A DNA stretch of 64,000 nucleotides from Bacilli bacterium (GTDB taxonomy: Bacteria; Bacillota_I; Bacilli_A; RF39; UBA660). Below the pieces are notes generated by a model. It was not told the DNA's origin. It ran no database searches and worked only from the letters and a program-made list of their open reading frames with translations. Positions 30,832 to 39,525 of this stretch are shown in pieces. The stretch's first letter is position 1. Each line of letters starts with the position of its first letter. Where the stretch lies: NCBI GenBank assembly GCA_025992315.1, contig DAJPHG010000001.1:881633-945632 (forward strand), given 5' to 3'. The translations under genes were made by a program, and so were the position numbers.

Positions 30832-32514
30832 ATGGATAAAATCAAAACTAATATTATTTTTGTTATAGCTGTTATTATTTTAATAATTTCTGGTAGTATA
30901 TATTTATATTTAGGTCAAAAAGAAAGTGATGATATTAAGACTGGTTTTATCCAAGGAAAAATTGCTTACGATAAAATAGAAAATTATACTGATGGAATAA
31001 TGCTTGCTAAAAAAGATGGTGCAAATTTAATTATTGATGTAAATGATAAAGTTATTGAAAAAATAGACGCCGATGCTACGGAGATAAAAATATTATATGG
31101 TGGATATTATAGTTATCAAATAGGGGGAAAGATTTATTTAAATCGTAATGGCAAAAACATTAAAACATTTGATACATTATTTCAAGAAGAATTTAATTTA
31201 TATAAAGATGAAAATGATGAGAAAGCTTTATATATAACTTTAAATAGTAAAAAGATTACTGATGATATGTATTATGTTACTATTTCAAATGATAGTACTA
31301 TTAAAAGCTATGTTTATAATGCTAAAACAGGTAAAAAATTATATGAAGCAGATGATTATATTTCAATGTTAAAATTACCATCTGATAAGGAATATAAATA
31401 TTTTGTTGTTGGCGATAAAGAATTAGTTAGAATTGAAGATTTTAAAAGTATTTTTAAACAAACTGATATAACAATAGTAGGAGATACTACTAGATTGAGT
31501 ACTGATGATGATACTGTAAGCAATAATCAAAAATATTTAGTAATTAGTAGTAAGACTGCAGATGAAGAACAACAAAAATATGGTTTGATTGATTTAGATG
31601 GTAATATAATTATTCCTGTATCTTATGATGATATGTTTTTTAAAACTGATAATACTCGTTATATTGTTGCTAAAAAAGATGGAAAATACGGCATTATTAG
31701 TTCAACTAATGAAGAGTTATTACCATTTAATTATAATGCAATTGAAGTTTATGACAATAATATTGTTTTAGTAAAAGATAATTATTTAGGAATTATGGAT
31801 AATGAATTAAAACTTATTTATAATTATGAATTAAGATTAACTGATCAAGAGTATAATTCAAGAATTTGCTGTGGTAATAAGAATTCATTTGAAGTTTTTA
31901 AAAATGATAATAATTTAATAATTACAACATTCCCTAAAAATAAAGATGATAACGATGGTAAAACTTTTAATAATACTTTAATCTTAAATAAGAAAAATGA
32001 AATTACAGAATTAAAAAAACAAACTATTAAATATGTTTATGATGAAGATAATGTTATTAACAAAAAATATTTAGTTAAAGAAAATATAGATGATAAAACT
32101 CTATCTTTAGATATTTATGATACTGATGGGACTAAATTAACTACTTATGAAACTATAGTTTCTGATCAAATAAATTCTGTGTCTTACGAATTAAATAATG
32201 AAAATTTTCTGGTAATAAATATTTATGATCAAGAATATAAAACATTATATAAATCTATTATTAATACTACTTCAGGTAAAGTCTTAGCTGAAGATAATGA
32301 AACAACTAATTTCATAAAGAAACAAGAGTTATTAGATGGTTATTATTTTAGTGGTAAAGATAATAATATAACTATTAAAGATATTAATGATAAACTTTTA
32401 ATGAATATAGATGGTAAAGATATAATATATTTAAAGGATAATTACTTTGCAGTTAAGAATAAAAATAAGAAATACTATATTTGTAAAGTATTACTAGATG
32501 AGCAAGCAAAATAA
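30832..32514 (+). CDS. membrane-anchored WG-repeat (KWG) protein
   Basis: An N-terminal TM helix is followed by repeated KDGKYGIIS / KYGLIDLDGNIIIPVSYDD units. Confidence 0.7.
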   Translation: MDKIKTNIIFVIAVIILIISGSIYLYLGQKESDDIKTGFIQGKIAYDKIENYTDGIMLAKKDGANLIIDVNDKVIEKIDADATEIKILYGGYYSYQIGGKIYLNRNGKNIKTFDTLFQEEFNLYKDENDEKALYITLNSKKITDDMYYVTISNDSTIKSYVYNAKTGKKLYEADDYISMLKLPSDKEYKYFVVGDKELVRIEDFKSIFKQTDITIVGDTTRLSTDDDTVSNNQKYLVISSKTADEEQQKYGLIDLDGNIIIPVSYDDMFFKTDNTRYIVAKKDGKYGIISSTNEELLPFNYNAIEVYDNNIVLVKDNYLGIMDNELKLIYNYELRLTDQEYNSRICCGNKNSFEVFKNDNNLIITTFPKNKDDNDGKTFNNTLILNKKNEITELKKQTIKYVYDEDNVINKKYLVKENIDDKTLSLDIYDTDGTKLTTYETIVSDQINSVSYELNNENFLVINIYDQEYKTLYKSIINTTSGKVLAEDNETTNFIKKQELLDGYYFSGKDNNITIKDINDKLLMNIDGKDIIYLKDNYFAVKNKNKKYYICKVLLDEQAK

Positions 32515-32529
32515 ATTGCTTGCTTTTTT
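32501..32529 (+). terminator. rho-independent terminator
   Basis: AGCAAGCAA-aataaa-TTGCTTGCT followed by T5. The stop codon lies in the loop. Confidence 0.75.
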
Positions 32530-32610
32530 GTATAAAAATGTCAATATGAATTTAATAAAAATGTGTTAAATAATTATTATTTGTTATAATAAAATAAGGA
32601 GGATATAAAT

Positions 32611-35600
32611 ATGATAGAAATAATTAAATCTAATTATGAAAAAATGTCTGAAAATAAAAATAATAGTTTAGAAGATACATCTTATGCAATTGCTATAAAA
32701 AATAAAGAAAGTGATTATTATGAGATTCTAAAAGATAAAGAATTTTATGATGATTTTGTTATATATAAAAAAGCTAATTGGGTTGGAATAAATCCCTATA
32801 TTTTATTTGATAATGAAATAATGAATTGTTTATTTAATACTTTGACTGATAAGTATCCTTACATTACAATTAGATTAAATGCTAGTCATCCTCAGGAAAT
32901 AGAAGAAGCAATGAAGTATGGTTTCGCAAAAGAGAAAAATACTAAATTAGATTATGGTTTGACAATTATTACTTTAAAAAAGTGGTTAATTGATTTTGAT
33001 AATAAATTTGTTTACATGTTTAAAGAAGGAAATAAGGATATGAGAGAGATATTAGGAGGGAAAGGAGCTAATTTAGCAGAAATGATAAATATTGGCTTAC
33101 CAGTTCCTAATGGTTTTACTATCTCAACTAGAGCATGTAATAAATATTATGAAAATAATGAGCAAATACCTGCTAGTTTGATTAATGAAATAAAAACTAA
33201 AATTGAAGAATTAGAAAAAATAACTAATAGATATTTTAATGCTAGTAATAATCCTTTGCTTGTTTCAGTTAGATCTGGGTCACAAGCATCTATGCCAGGG
33301 ATGATGGATACTATTTTGAATTTAGGATTAAATGATGGTGTAGCAGAAAGTTTTGCTAAGGAAACAAATAATCCAAGATTTGTTTATGATTCTTATCGTA
33401 GATTAATAATGATGTTTGCAGATGTAGTAAAAGGATATGATAAATCTAATTTTGAACATATTTTAGATGAATATAAACAAACTCAAAAAGCTCAAAGTGA
33501 TTTAGATTTAGATGCAGATGATATGATAGAAATAACTAAATTGTTTAAAGAAGAATACTTTAGAGTATTTAATGAGGAATTTCCTCAAGATCCAATCAAA
33601 CAACTTATAGAATCAGTAGCGTCAGTATTTAAATCTTGGAATAATAAACGTGCTAAGATTTATCGTAAAATGAATGATATTCCAGATAGCTGGGGAACTG
33701 CTGTTAATGTTCAAGAAATGGTTTACGGAAACTTTGGAGAAAATTCAGGAACTGGTGTAGCATTTACTAGAAATCCTGCTACTGGTGAAAATAAATTATT
33801 TGGAGAATATTTGATTAATGCTCAAGGTGAAGACGTAGTTGCTGGTGTTAGAACGCCACAACCTATATCTAAGTTAAAAGAAGATATGCCTGAGATTTAT
33901 GATGAATTTGAAAAAATAGCTAAAACATTAGAAGAACATTATAAAGATATGCAAGATATGGAATTTACGATTCAAAAAGGTAAACTTTATATGTTACAAA
34001 CAAGAAATGGTAAAAGAACTGCTGCAGCTTCTTTAAAAATAGCTGTTGATATGGTAGAAGAAGGTTTATTGACTAAAGATGAAGCTTTATTAAAAGTAGA
34101 GCCAAAAACATTGGATCAATTATTACATCCAACTTTTAATGAGGAAAGTCTAGAAAATGCTACCGTAATTGCTAAAGGGCTTGCAGCTTCTCCAGGATGT
34201 GCTTATGGTAAAATTTATTTTGATGCTAACAGTTTAAAAATTGCTCATCAAAATAATGAAGATGTTATTTTAGTTAGACAAGAAACATCACCAGAAGATA
34301 TTGAAGGGATGAACATTGCTAATGGCGTACTTACTGTTAGAGGTGGTATGACTTCACATGCTGCTGTTGTAGCTCGTGGAATGGGAACATGTTGTGTTAG
34401 TGGTTGTAGTGAATTAGTAATAAATGAAGAACAAAAGACATTAACTGTTGGAGATAAAATTTATCATGAAGGTGATTATATTTCATTAGATGGATCAACT
34501 GGATTGGTGTATGACGGAATTATTCAAACTATACCAGCTAAAATAACTGGAAACTTTAAAACTTTTATGCAATGGGCTGATGAAATTAGAACTCTTGAAA
34601 TTCATACAAATGCTGATACTGTAAAAGATGCTAAGCAAGCCAAAGAATTTGGAGCAGAAGGAATTGGTTTATGTAGAACAGAACATATGTTTTTTGAAAA
34701 AGAAAGAATTTTCCATTTTAGAAAAATGATTCTAGCTAATTCAAAAGAAGAAAGAATTACAGCTTTAAATGAAATTTTAAAATATCAACAAAATGATTTT
34801 GAAGGACTATTTAAAGAAATGTCCCCATATTCAGTAGTAATTCGTTATTTAGATCCGCCATTACATGAATTTTTGCCAAAAGAAGAACAAGAAATTGTTG
34901 AATTAGCAAATGCTTTGCATGTTACTGTCGGAAGTATAAAGAATAGAATTGCCGAATTAAAAGAATTTAACCCAATGATGGGGCATAGAGGTTGTCGACT
35001 TGCTGTGACTTATCCTGAAATTGCAGTAATGCAAACTACAGCTATTATTGAAGCTGCAATTAATGTTACTCATCAAGGTTACAAAATTATGCCAGAAATT
35101 ATGATACCTTTAATTGGTGATGAAAAAGAATTAAGATATGTTAAAAATATTGTAAAAGAAACTGCTGATAAATTGATTAGTACTGCTAATATAAACTTAA
35201 AATATAAAGTTGGAACTATGATAGAAATACCAAGAGCTGCTTTATTAGCTGATGAAATAGCTCAAGAAGCAGAGTTTTTCTCTTTTGGAACTAATGATTT
35301 AACGCAATTTACTTTTGGCTTTTCTAGAGATGATGCTTCAAAATTTTTAAAAACGTATTATGATGAAAAAATATATGACTTTGATCCTTTCGCTAGATTA
35401 GATCAAAATGGTGTCGGTCAATTGGTAGAAATGGCTGTTACAAAAGCTAAAAAAGTTAGAAATGATATTTCTTTAGGAATATGTGGAGAACACGCGGGAG
35501 AGCCTCATAGTATAGAATTTTGCCATAAAATAGGCTTGAATTATGTTTCGTGTTCACCATTTAGAGTTCCTTGTGCTAGACTAGCTGCTGCACAAGCTGT

Positions 35601-35622
35601 GATCAAATCAAAAAATAATTAA
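32611..35622 (+). CDS. ppdK: pyruvate, phosphate dikinase with an N-terminal extension of about 131 aa
   Basis: The canonical PPDK begins at residue ~132 (KFVYMFKEG..LGGKGANLAEM). It has the catalytic GGMTSHAAVVARGMG and the C-terminal GICGE. A strong AAGGAGG SD serves the ATG at 32611. Confidence 0.95.
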   Translation: MIEIIKSNYEKMSENKNNSLEDTSYAIAIKNKESDYYEILKDKEFYDDFVIYKKANWVGINPYILFDNEIMNCLFNTLTDKYPYITIRLNASHPQEIEEAMKYGFAKEKNTKLDYGLTIITLKKWLIDFDNKFVYMFKEGNKDMREILGGKGANLAEMINIGLPVPNGFTISTRACNKYYENNEQIPASLINEIKTKIEELEKITNRYFNASNNPLLVSVRSGSQASMPGMMDTILNLGLNDGVAESFAKETNNPRFVYDSYRRLIMMFADVVKGYDKSNFEHILDEYKQTQKAQSDLDLDADDMIEITKLFKEEYFRVFNEEFPQDPIKQLIESVASVFKSWNNKRAKIYRKMNDIPDSWGTAVNVQEMVYGNFGENSGTGVAFTRNPATGENKLFGEYLINAQGEDVVAGVRTPQPISKLKEDMPEIYDEFEKIAKTLEEHYKDMQDMEFTIQKGKLYMLQTRNGKRTAAASLKIAVDMVEEGLLTKDEALLKVEPKTLDQLLHPTFNEESLENATVIAKGLAASPGCAYGKIYFDANSLKIAHQNNEDVILVRQETSPEDIEGMNIANGVLTVRGGMTSHAAVVARGMGTCCVSGCSELVINEEQKTLTVGDKIYHEGDYISLDGSTGLVYDGIIQTIPAKITGNFKTFMQWADEIRTLEIHTNADTVKDAKQAKEFGAEGIGLCRTEHMFFEKERIFHFRKMILANSKEERITALNEILKYQQNDFEGLFKEMSPYSVVIRYLDPPLHEFLPKEEQEIVELANALHVTVGSIKNRIAELKEFNPMMGHRGCRLAVTYPEIAVMQTTAIIEAAINVTHQGYKIMPEIMIPLIGDEKELRYVKNIVKETADKLISTANINLKYKVGTMIEIPRAALLADEIAQEAEFFSFGTNDLTQFTFGFSRDDASKFLKTYYDEKIYDFDPFARLDQNGVGQLVEMAVTKAKKVRNDISLGICGEHAGEPHSIEFCHKIGLNYVSCSPFRVPCARLAAAQAVIKSKNN

Positions 35623-35632
35623 TAAACTAACT

Positions 35633-35662
35633 AAACTAAGATATTGTTTATCTTAGTTTTTT
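35633..35662 (+). terminator. rho-independent terminator after ppdK
   Basis: AAACTAAGAT-7 nt-ATCTTAGTTT followed by TTT. Confidence 0.75.
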
Positions 35663-35839
35663 AAATAACAGAAGTTACTTTTTATGATACAATATATATA
35701 TATGTTCAAGGATAAAAAAATAAATTAAGAATTACTAGTTTGATATGGTAATGAATTTGAAGTAGGAATATTTAAAAAATTATATGATATTTATGTATAT
35801 TTATTTTTGACAGTTTAAGTTTGACAAGGAGATAAGAAT

Positions 35840-36139
35840 ATGGACTTAAAAAAGATACAAAAAGATGTTTGGAAGAATAAATTAAACAAAGGATTTAATA
35901 CGACAGATGTAAATAAAGAGTTTTGTTTATTATATGGTGAAGTTGCTGAAGCTTATGATGCTTGGAAAAAGAGAAAAGATGATTTGAATGAAGAATTAGC
36001 TGATGTAGCTATTTATCTAATGGGATTATCTGAAATGTTAGGGTATGACTTGGCAGATGAAATAGAGAAGAAAGTTTTTAAAAACGAAAAACGTGTATAT
36101 AAAAATATAGATGGTGTCAATGTAAGAATAAGTGATTAA
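35840..36139 (+). CDS. MazG-like nucleotide pyrophosphohydrolase (single-domain, 99 aa)
   Basis: Contains GEVAEAYDAW and EELADVAIYLMGLSEMLGYDL, the EExxE/D all-alpha NTP-PPase pattern. Confidence 0.7.
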   Translation: MDLKKIQKDVWKNKLNKGFNTTDVNKEFCLLYGEVAEAYDAWKKRKDDLNEELADVAIYLMGLSEMLGYDLADEIEKKVFKNEKRVYKNIDGVNVRISD

Positions 36140-36643
36140 TATTAAATTATACATGACCTTAGTTGAAAATAATGAAAACTTCATCAAACGATGGAGTTTT
36201 TTAAGTTTTATTAAATATTAATTGCAATATATGTTATAATATTAAACAACTTTTAAGGAGAATTTATTATGAATATTTTAGTAGTTAATCCAGCGAATAA
36301 ACACAGAATATTTGCAATATAAGAATGAAAAATAAAATAAAAGCATTTTAAAGGCAATAAAAACGTTTTTTAGGCAGATACTATTATTTGGTAATGATAA
36401 AGCAAAAGAAGCAACTACAAACGAAATAATAGCACATTATGATAATAAAACTTTAATAGAAAAGATGTAGTTAATATATCATTAGATACTACAAAGAAAG
36501 ATGAGTTATTTAATTATGTTGGAGTTGAAAAAGAATATGTTCGAATGAAACATTCGGAATTAAATTGTGATAGTAAGGAAAAAAGATGATTTTGAATTAA
36601 GTAGATAAATGTTAAAATAGTCAACATTTATTTAAAAAATCTA

Positions 36644-36671
36644 TTGACAAATATTAAAAGTATGCTAAAAT
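36644..36671 (+). promoter_or_regulatory. near-consensus sigma-A promoter with extended -10
   Basis: TTGACA (36644-36649), a 16-nt spacer ending in TGc, then TAAAAT (36666-36671). An AGGAGGAG SD and the ATG at 36702 follow. Confidence 0.6.
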
Positions 36672-36701
36672 TTAATTTAATTAATTTTAGGAGGAGACTG
36701 C

Positions 36702-36854
36702 ATGAAAAAAGATTCTATAATGGAATTATTAGATTTAATCAAAAAAATCAGTGCTAGGAATAAATATTATACTAACATTACTTACTCATGTTCTCTTTTA
36801 GACTTAATTAGTAATAAGATAATAACGGTGACCGAAAATTACATTATAATATAG
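36702..36854 (+). CDS. 50-aa small ORF with strong expression signals
   Basis: Product is MKKDSIMELLDLIKKISARNKYYTNITYSCSLLDLISNKIITVTENYIII. It has a consensus promoter, an AGGAGG SD, and a long hairpin (AATAACGGTG at 36821-36830 pairing with CACCGTTATT at 36865-36874) spanning the stop. Confidence 0.4.
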   Translation: MKKDSIMELLDLIKKISARNKYYTNITYSCSLLDLISNKIITVTENYIII

Positions 36855-36896
36855 TGTTTTTTGGCACCGTTATTTTATTTGTGGTAGGTGTTTTGA

Positions 36897-37380
36897 ATGG
36901 ATAATAGTATTACATTACAAGATTTATTGAATAAATTAAGAGAATATAATCCTGAAGAAGTAGAAATTGTTAAAAGAGCTTACGAATACGCTGATACATT
37001 GCATAAGGGGCAAATGAGACAAAGTGGTGAGCCATAAATTTGTCATCCATTAAATGTTGCATATATTTTGGCAGAGATGCATGCAGATAGAGATACAATA
37101 TGTGCTGGACTACTTCATGATACTTTAGAAGATACAAACAGTACTAAAGAAGATATATATCACATGATTTTAATCAAAATATTGCTAATTTGGTAGATGA
37201 TGTAACAAAATTATCAAAAATGATTTTTCTTCTAAATAAGATTAGAATTATGCAAATACAAGAAAAATAATAACGGGAATAACTGAAGATTTAAGAATAA
37301 TTATAATTAAATTGGCTGATAGACTTCATAACATGAGAGCATTACAATTTAAATCGGAATTTAAGCAAAAAGAAAAATAA
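36897..37380 (+). pseudogene. RelA/SpoT-homolog N-terminal HD (hydrolase) domain remnant
   Basis: The translation has [44 protein letters not shown] with an in-frame TAA at 37035-37037 where Tyr is expected. Two frameshifts are then needed to read [17 protein letters not shown] and RIIIIKLADRLHNMRAL. The synthetase, TGS and ACT parts are absent. Confidence 0.8.
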
Positions 37381-37475
37381 AGGAATTCAATAAAAAATAG
37401 TACCACTGAATTATGAGTTTATAGGGAACTCATTGTAAAAAAAATATTAAACAAAGAAGGAGGTGATTAACTATT

Positions 37476-37532
37476 ATGAGAAAATTAATGAGAAAATTTA
37501 ATAAAAAATATGATATGTTATGTACTGCATAG
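37476..37532 (+). CDS. 18-aa ORF directly upstream of the YcaO operon (candidate substrate or leader peptide)
   Basis: Product is MRKLMRKFNKKYDMLCTA. A 10-nt SD, AAGGAGGTGA (37457-37466), lies 9 nt upstream of the ATG. It ends 57 nt before the 537-aa gene. Confidence 0.35.
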   Translation: MRKLMRKFNKKYDMLCTA

Positions 37533-37552
37533 TTATCATGTAAATTTATAGT

Positions 37553-37567
37553 CATAGTATTACTATG
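37553..37567. repeat. 15-nt perfect palindrome CATAGTAtTACTATG between the 18-aa ORF and the 537-aa gene
   Basis: Read directly from the sequence. It has 7-1-7 symmetry, so it is more plausibly a dimeric-regulator operator than an RNA hairpin. Confidence 0.5.
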
Positions 37568-37589
37568 GCTTTATAGGGAGACTTAATAA

Positions 37590-39203
37590 ATGGAAAATAT
37601 AAAGAGTAAAATAATACCAGAAAGTTTAAAAAGTAATATTGATGAAGTTATGGAGAGACAATTATTTAATGCTAACAGATATTACGCGGAGTCCAATCCA
37701 GAGATAAGTAGTTTGATGGAAAAAGAATTATATCAAAGTCCAATGGAATTTTTATATAGATTAAAAACAAGATGGAACTGGCATAATACTTATTATGAAT
37801 TATTATTAGAACCTGCTTTTGATAAAATTATTCGTGAGAATTTTACTGAATTATCGCCAGCAGAATTGAATGATATTATAAATATTTATTCAACTTCTTG
37901 TTTAGTCGACGAAGCGACACTTGTAATGTCAGGCTCAATTAAAAAATATTTGGATTACAATTGTAAAAATATTGGAGTTACTGATGAAAATATTTCGACA
38001 GAAAATTTAAATATAATGTTAATTACTCCGCCAATTGAAACTTTCTTTGCTCAATATCAAATTGACCATTTATATTACATATATTTGCTTAAAACAAATG
38101 ATACTGCTACTCAAAAGTTTAAGAATTATCTATTAAAAAAATATCATGCTAATGATGAAAAAATATTTGCTTCTAGATTTCAAAAGAAATTTAAGAATAA
38201 TTTATCAATGACTGAGAGAGAACTTTTAGAAGATATTAGACATTACAGAATACCTGAATATTACAAAACTCAACATTTTTACTTTACTCTTGAACATCCA
38301 GATAGGAAAGCAATTAGAGATATTATTATTTATGATAATTTAGACGAAAAATTAATTGCTTCTAATTTAATTGGAATTTCTGGATTCTTATTTAGAAGAA
38401 AGATTTTAGAATATCTTAATAATAGTGGAATTTTAAAAAATAATGGGTATATATATGAATTTAACAATGATATAATCATAAGTTCATTAGAAAGATTAAA
38501 AGAAGAAAGGAAAAATAATATGGATAAAGATGTAAGACCATATAAACAAAGGGGAGATACTTGTGCTATTGTTTGCATGATGATGGTATTGGAATACTAT
38601 AAAGTTATTCCAAAGGCGAATTGGTATGACGAAAGAAGATTATATAGGCTATACGGTTCAAAATATATGGACGGGACACCATTTTCAGCTTTAGCATTTT
38701 ATATGTCAAAAAATGGTTTGGAAACAACAATTTGTCATGAAAGTCAAAAATTATTTAAAAATGATCAAGGAGTTGTTGATCAAGATGATTTTAAATTTGC
38801 AATGGATGAATACAAAGACTATTTAAAATATGCAGAAAATAATGGTACAAAAGTTGTAAATGGTATGGATATAACTGTTGATGTTTTAAAACAAAAATTA
38901 CAAAATGGTGATTTAGTTATATTGGCAGGTGAGCTTCCAGGTGCTTATCATGCAATTTTACTTACAGGTTATGACCAAGATGGTTTCAAAGTATGTGATC
39001 CACTATATAAGACAAAACAAAACAGGACATTTGATGAAATAGAAAAATTTATGAATACAAGTATAGGTAAATGGTTTATAAGTGTTAATGATAAGACAAA
39101 AGAAAAAGAAAATTTAATTAATAATTTAGAAAAATTCAACGATGAAGCACAAATATTAATGACTAAACAAGAAAGCAGGAGCCTTAAGCATGTTAAAAAA
39201 TAA
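37590..39203 (+). CDS. two-domain protein: unassigned helical N-terminal half plus C-terminal C39-type papain-like cysteine peptidase domain
   Basis: 537 aa. Residues about 320-500 have Q-x4-C (YKQRGDTCAIVCMMMVLEYY) and His-x16-Asp-Pro (YHAILLTGYDQDGFKVCDP), as in Peptidase_C39 and C39-like domains. A GGGAGA RBS is present. Confidence 0.7.
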   Translation: MENIKSKIIPESLKSNIDEVMERQLFNANRYYAESNPEISSLMEKELYQSPMEFLYRLKTRWNWHNTYYELLLEPAFDKIIRENFTELSPAELNDIINIYSTSCLVDEATLVMSGSIKKYLDYNCKNIGVTDENISTENLNIMLITPPIETFFAQYQIDHLYYIYLLKTNDTATQKFKNYLLKKYHANDEKIFASRFQKKFKNNLSMTERELLEDIRHYRIPEYYKTQHFYFTLEHPDRKAIRDIIIYDNLDEKLIASNLIGISGFLFRRKILEYLNNSGILKNNGYIYEFNNDIIISSLERLKEERKNNMDKDVRPYKQRGDTCAIVCMMMVLEYYKVIPKANWYDERRLYRLYGSKYMDGTPFSALAFYMSKNGLETTICHESQKLFKNDQGVVDQDDFKFAMDEYKDYLKYAENNGTKVVNGMDITVDVLKQKLQNGDLVILAGELPGAYHAILLTGYDQDGFKVCDPLYKTKQNRTFDEIEKFMNTSIGKWFISVNDKTKEKENLINNLEKFNDEAQILMTKQESRSLKHVKK

Positions 39204-39525
39204 TTATTTGTTTTATAGTGATTACTTAAAAAAAAGAAATTTAAAAGCTAAGTCAATATTGATTGCCAAAACTAAATATTCATATTTAATTGGTCCGTTA
39301 ATAAATTCAAAGTTTGATGAAGATTCATTTTATAAAAGAATTAAATCTGATAGTATATATACCCTTAACATATATAAAAAAATGTTTAGAAAAAAACGTA
39401 ATAATTTGATTGAAAAATATATGAATGATTTGAAGAATAATCAAATAATTGAAATATATAAAAACGGAGAAATAGTTAAACATTCAATATTAAAAGTTCC
39501 GGGTGAAAATTATGGAAAAGAATAA
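39190..39525 (+). CDS. 111-aa protein translationally coupled on both sides, possible minimal YcaO partner
   Basis: An AGGAG SD lies 8 nt upstream. It overlaps both the upstream and downstream genes by 14 nt. SILIAKTKYSYLIGPLINSKFDEDSFYKRI faintly resembles the vGP...C..C..R segment of E1-like/TIGR03882 cyclodehydratase partners, but without the Cys residues. Confidence 0.5.
   Translation: MLKNNYLFYSDYLKKRNLKAKSILIAKTKYSYLIGPLINSKFDEDSFYKRIKSDSIYTLNIYKKMFRKKRNNLIEKYMNDLKNNQIIEIYKNGEIVKHSILKVPGENYGKE

Noticed and set aside
35840-36139. MazG-like gene plus the relA remnant as a toxin-antitoxin (relA-mazEFG-like) locus
   Set aside because: No MazE/MazF-like ORFs are present, the gene order differs, and the relA copy is a fragment.
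38330-38578. 82-aa minus-strand ORF inside the 537-aa gene of the YcaO operon, considered as a hidden precursor peptide
   Set aside because: It is antisense to an intact coding frame, has no SD, and its composition is typical of a shadow frame.
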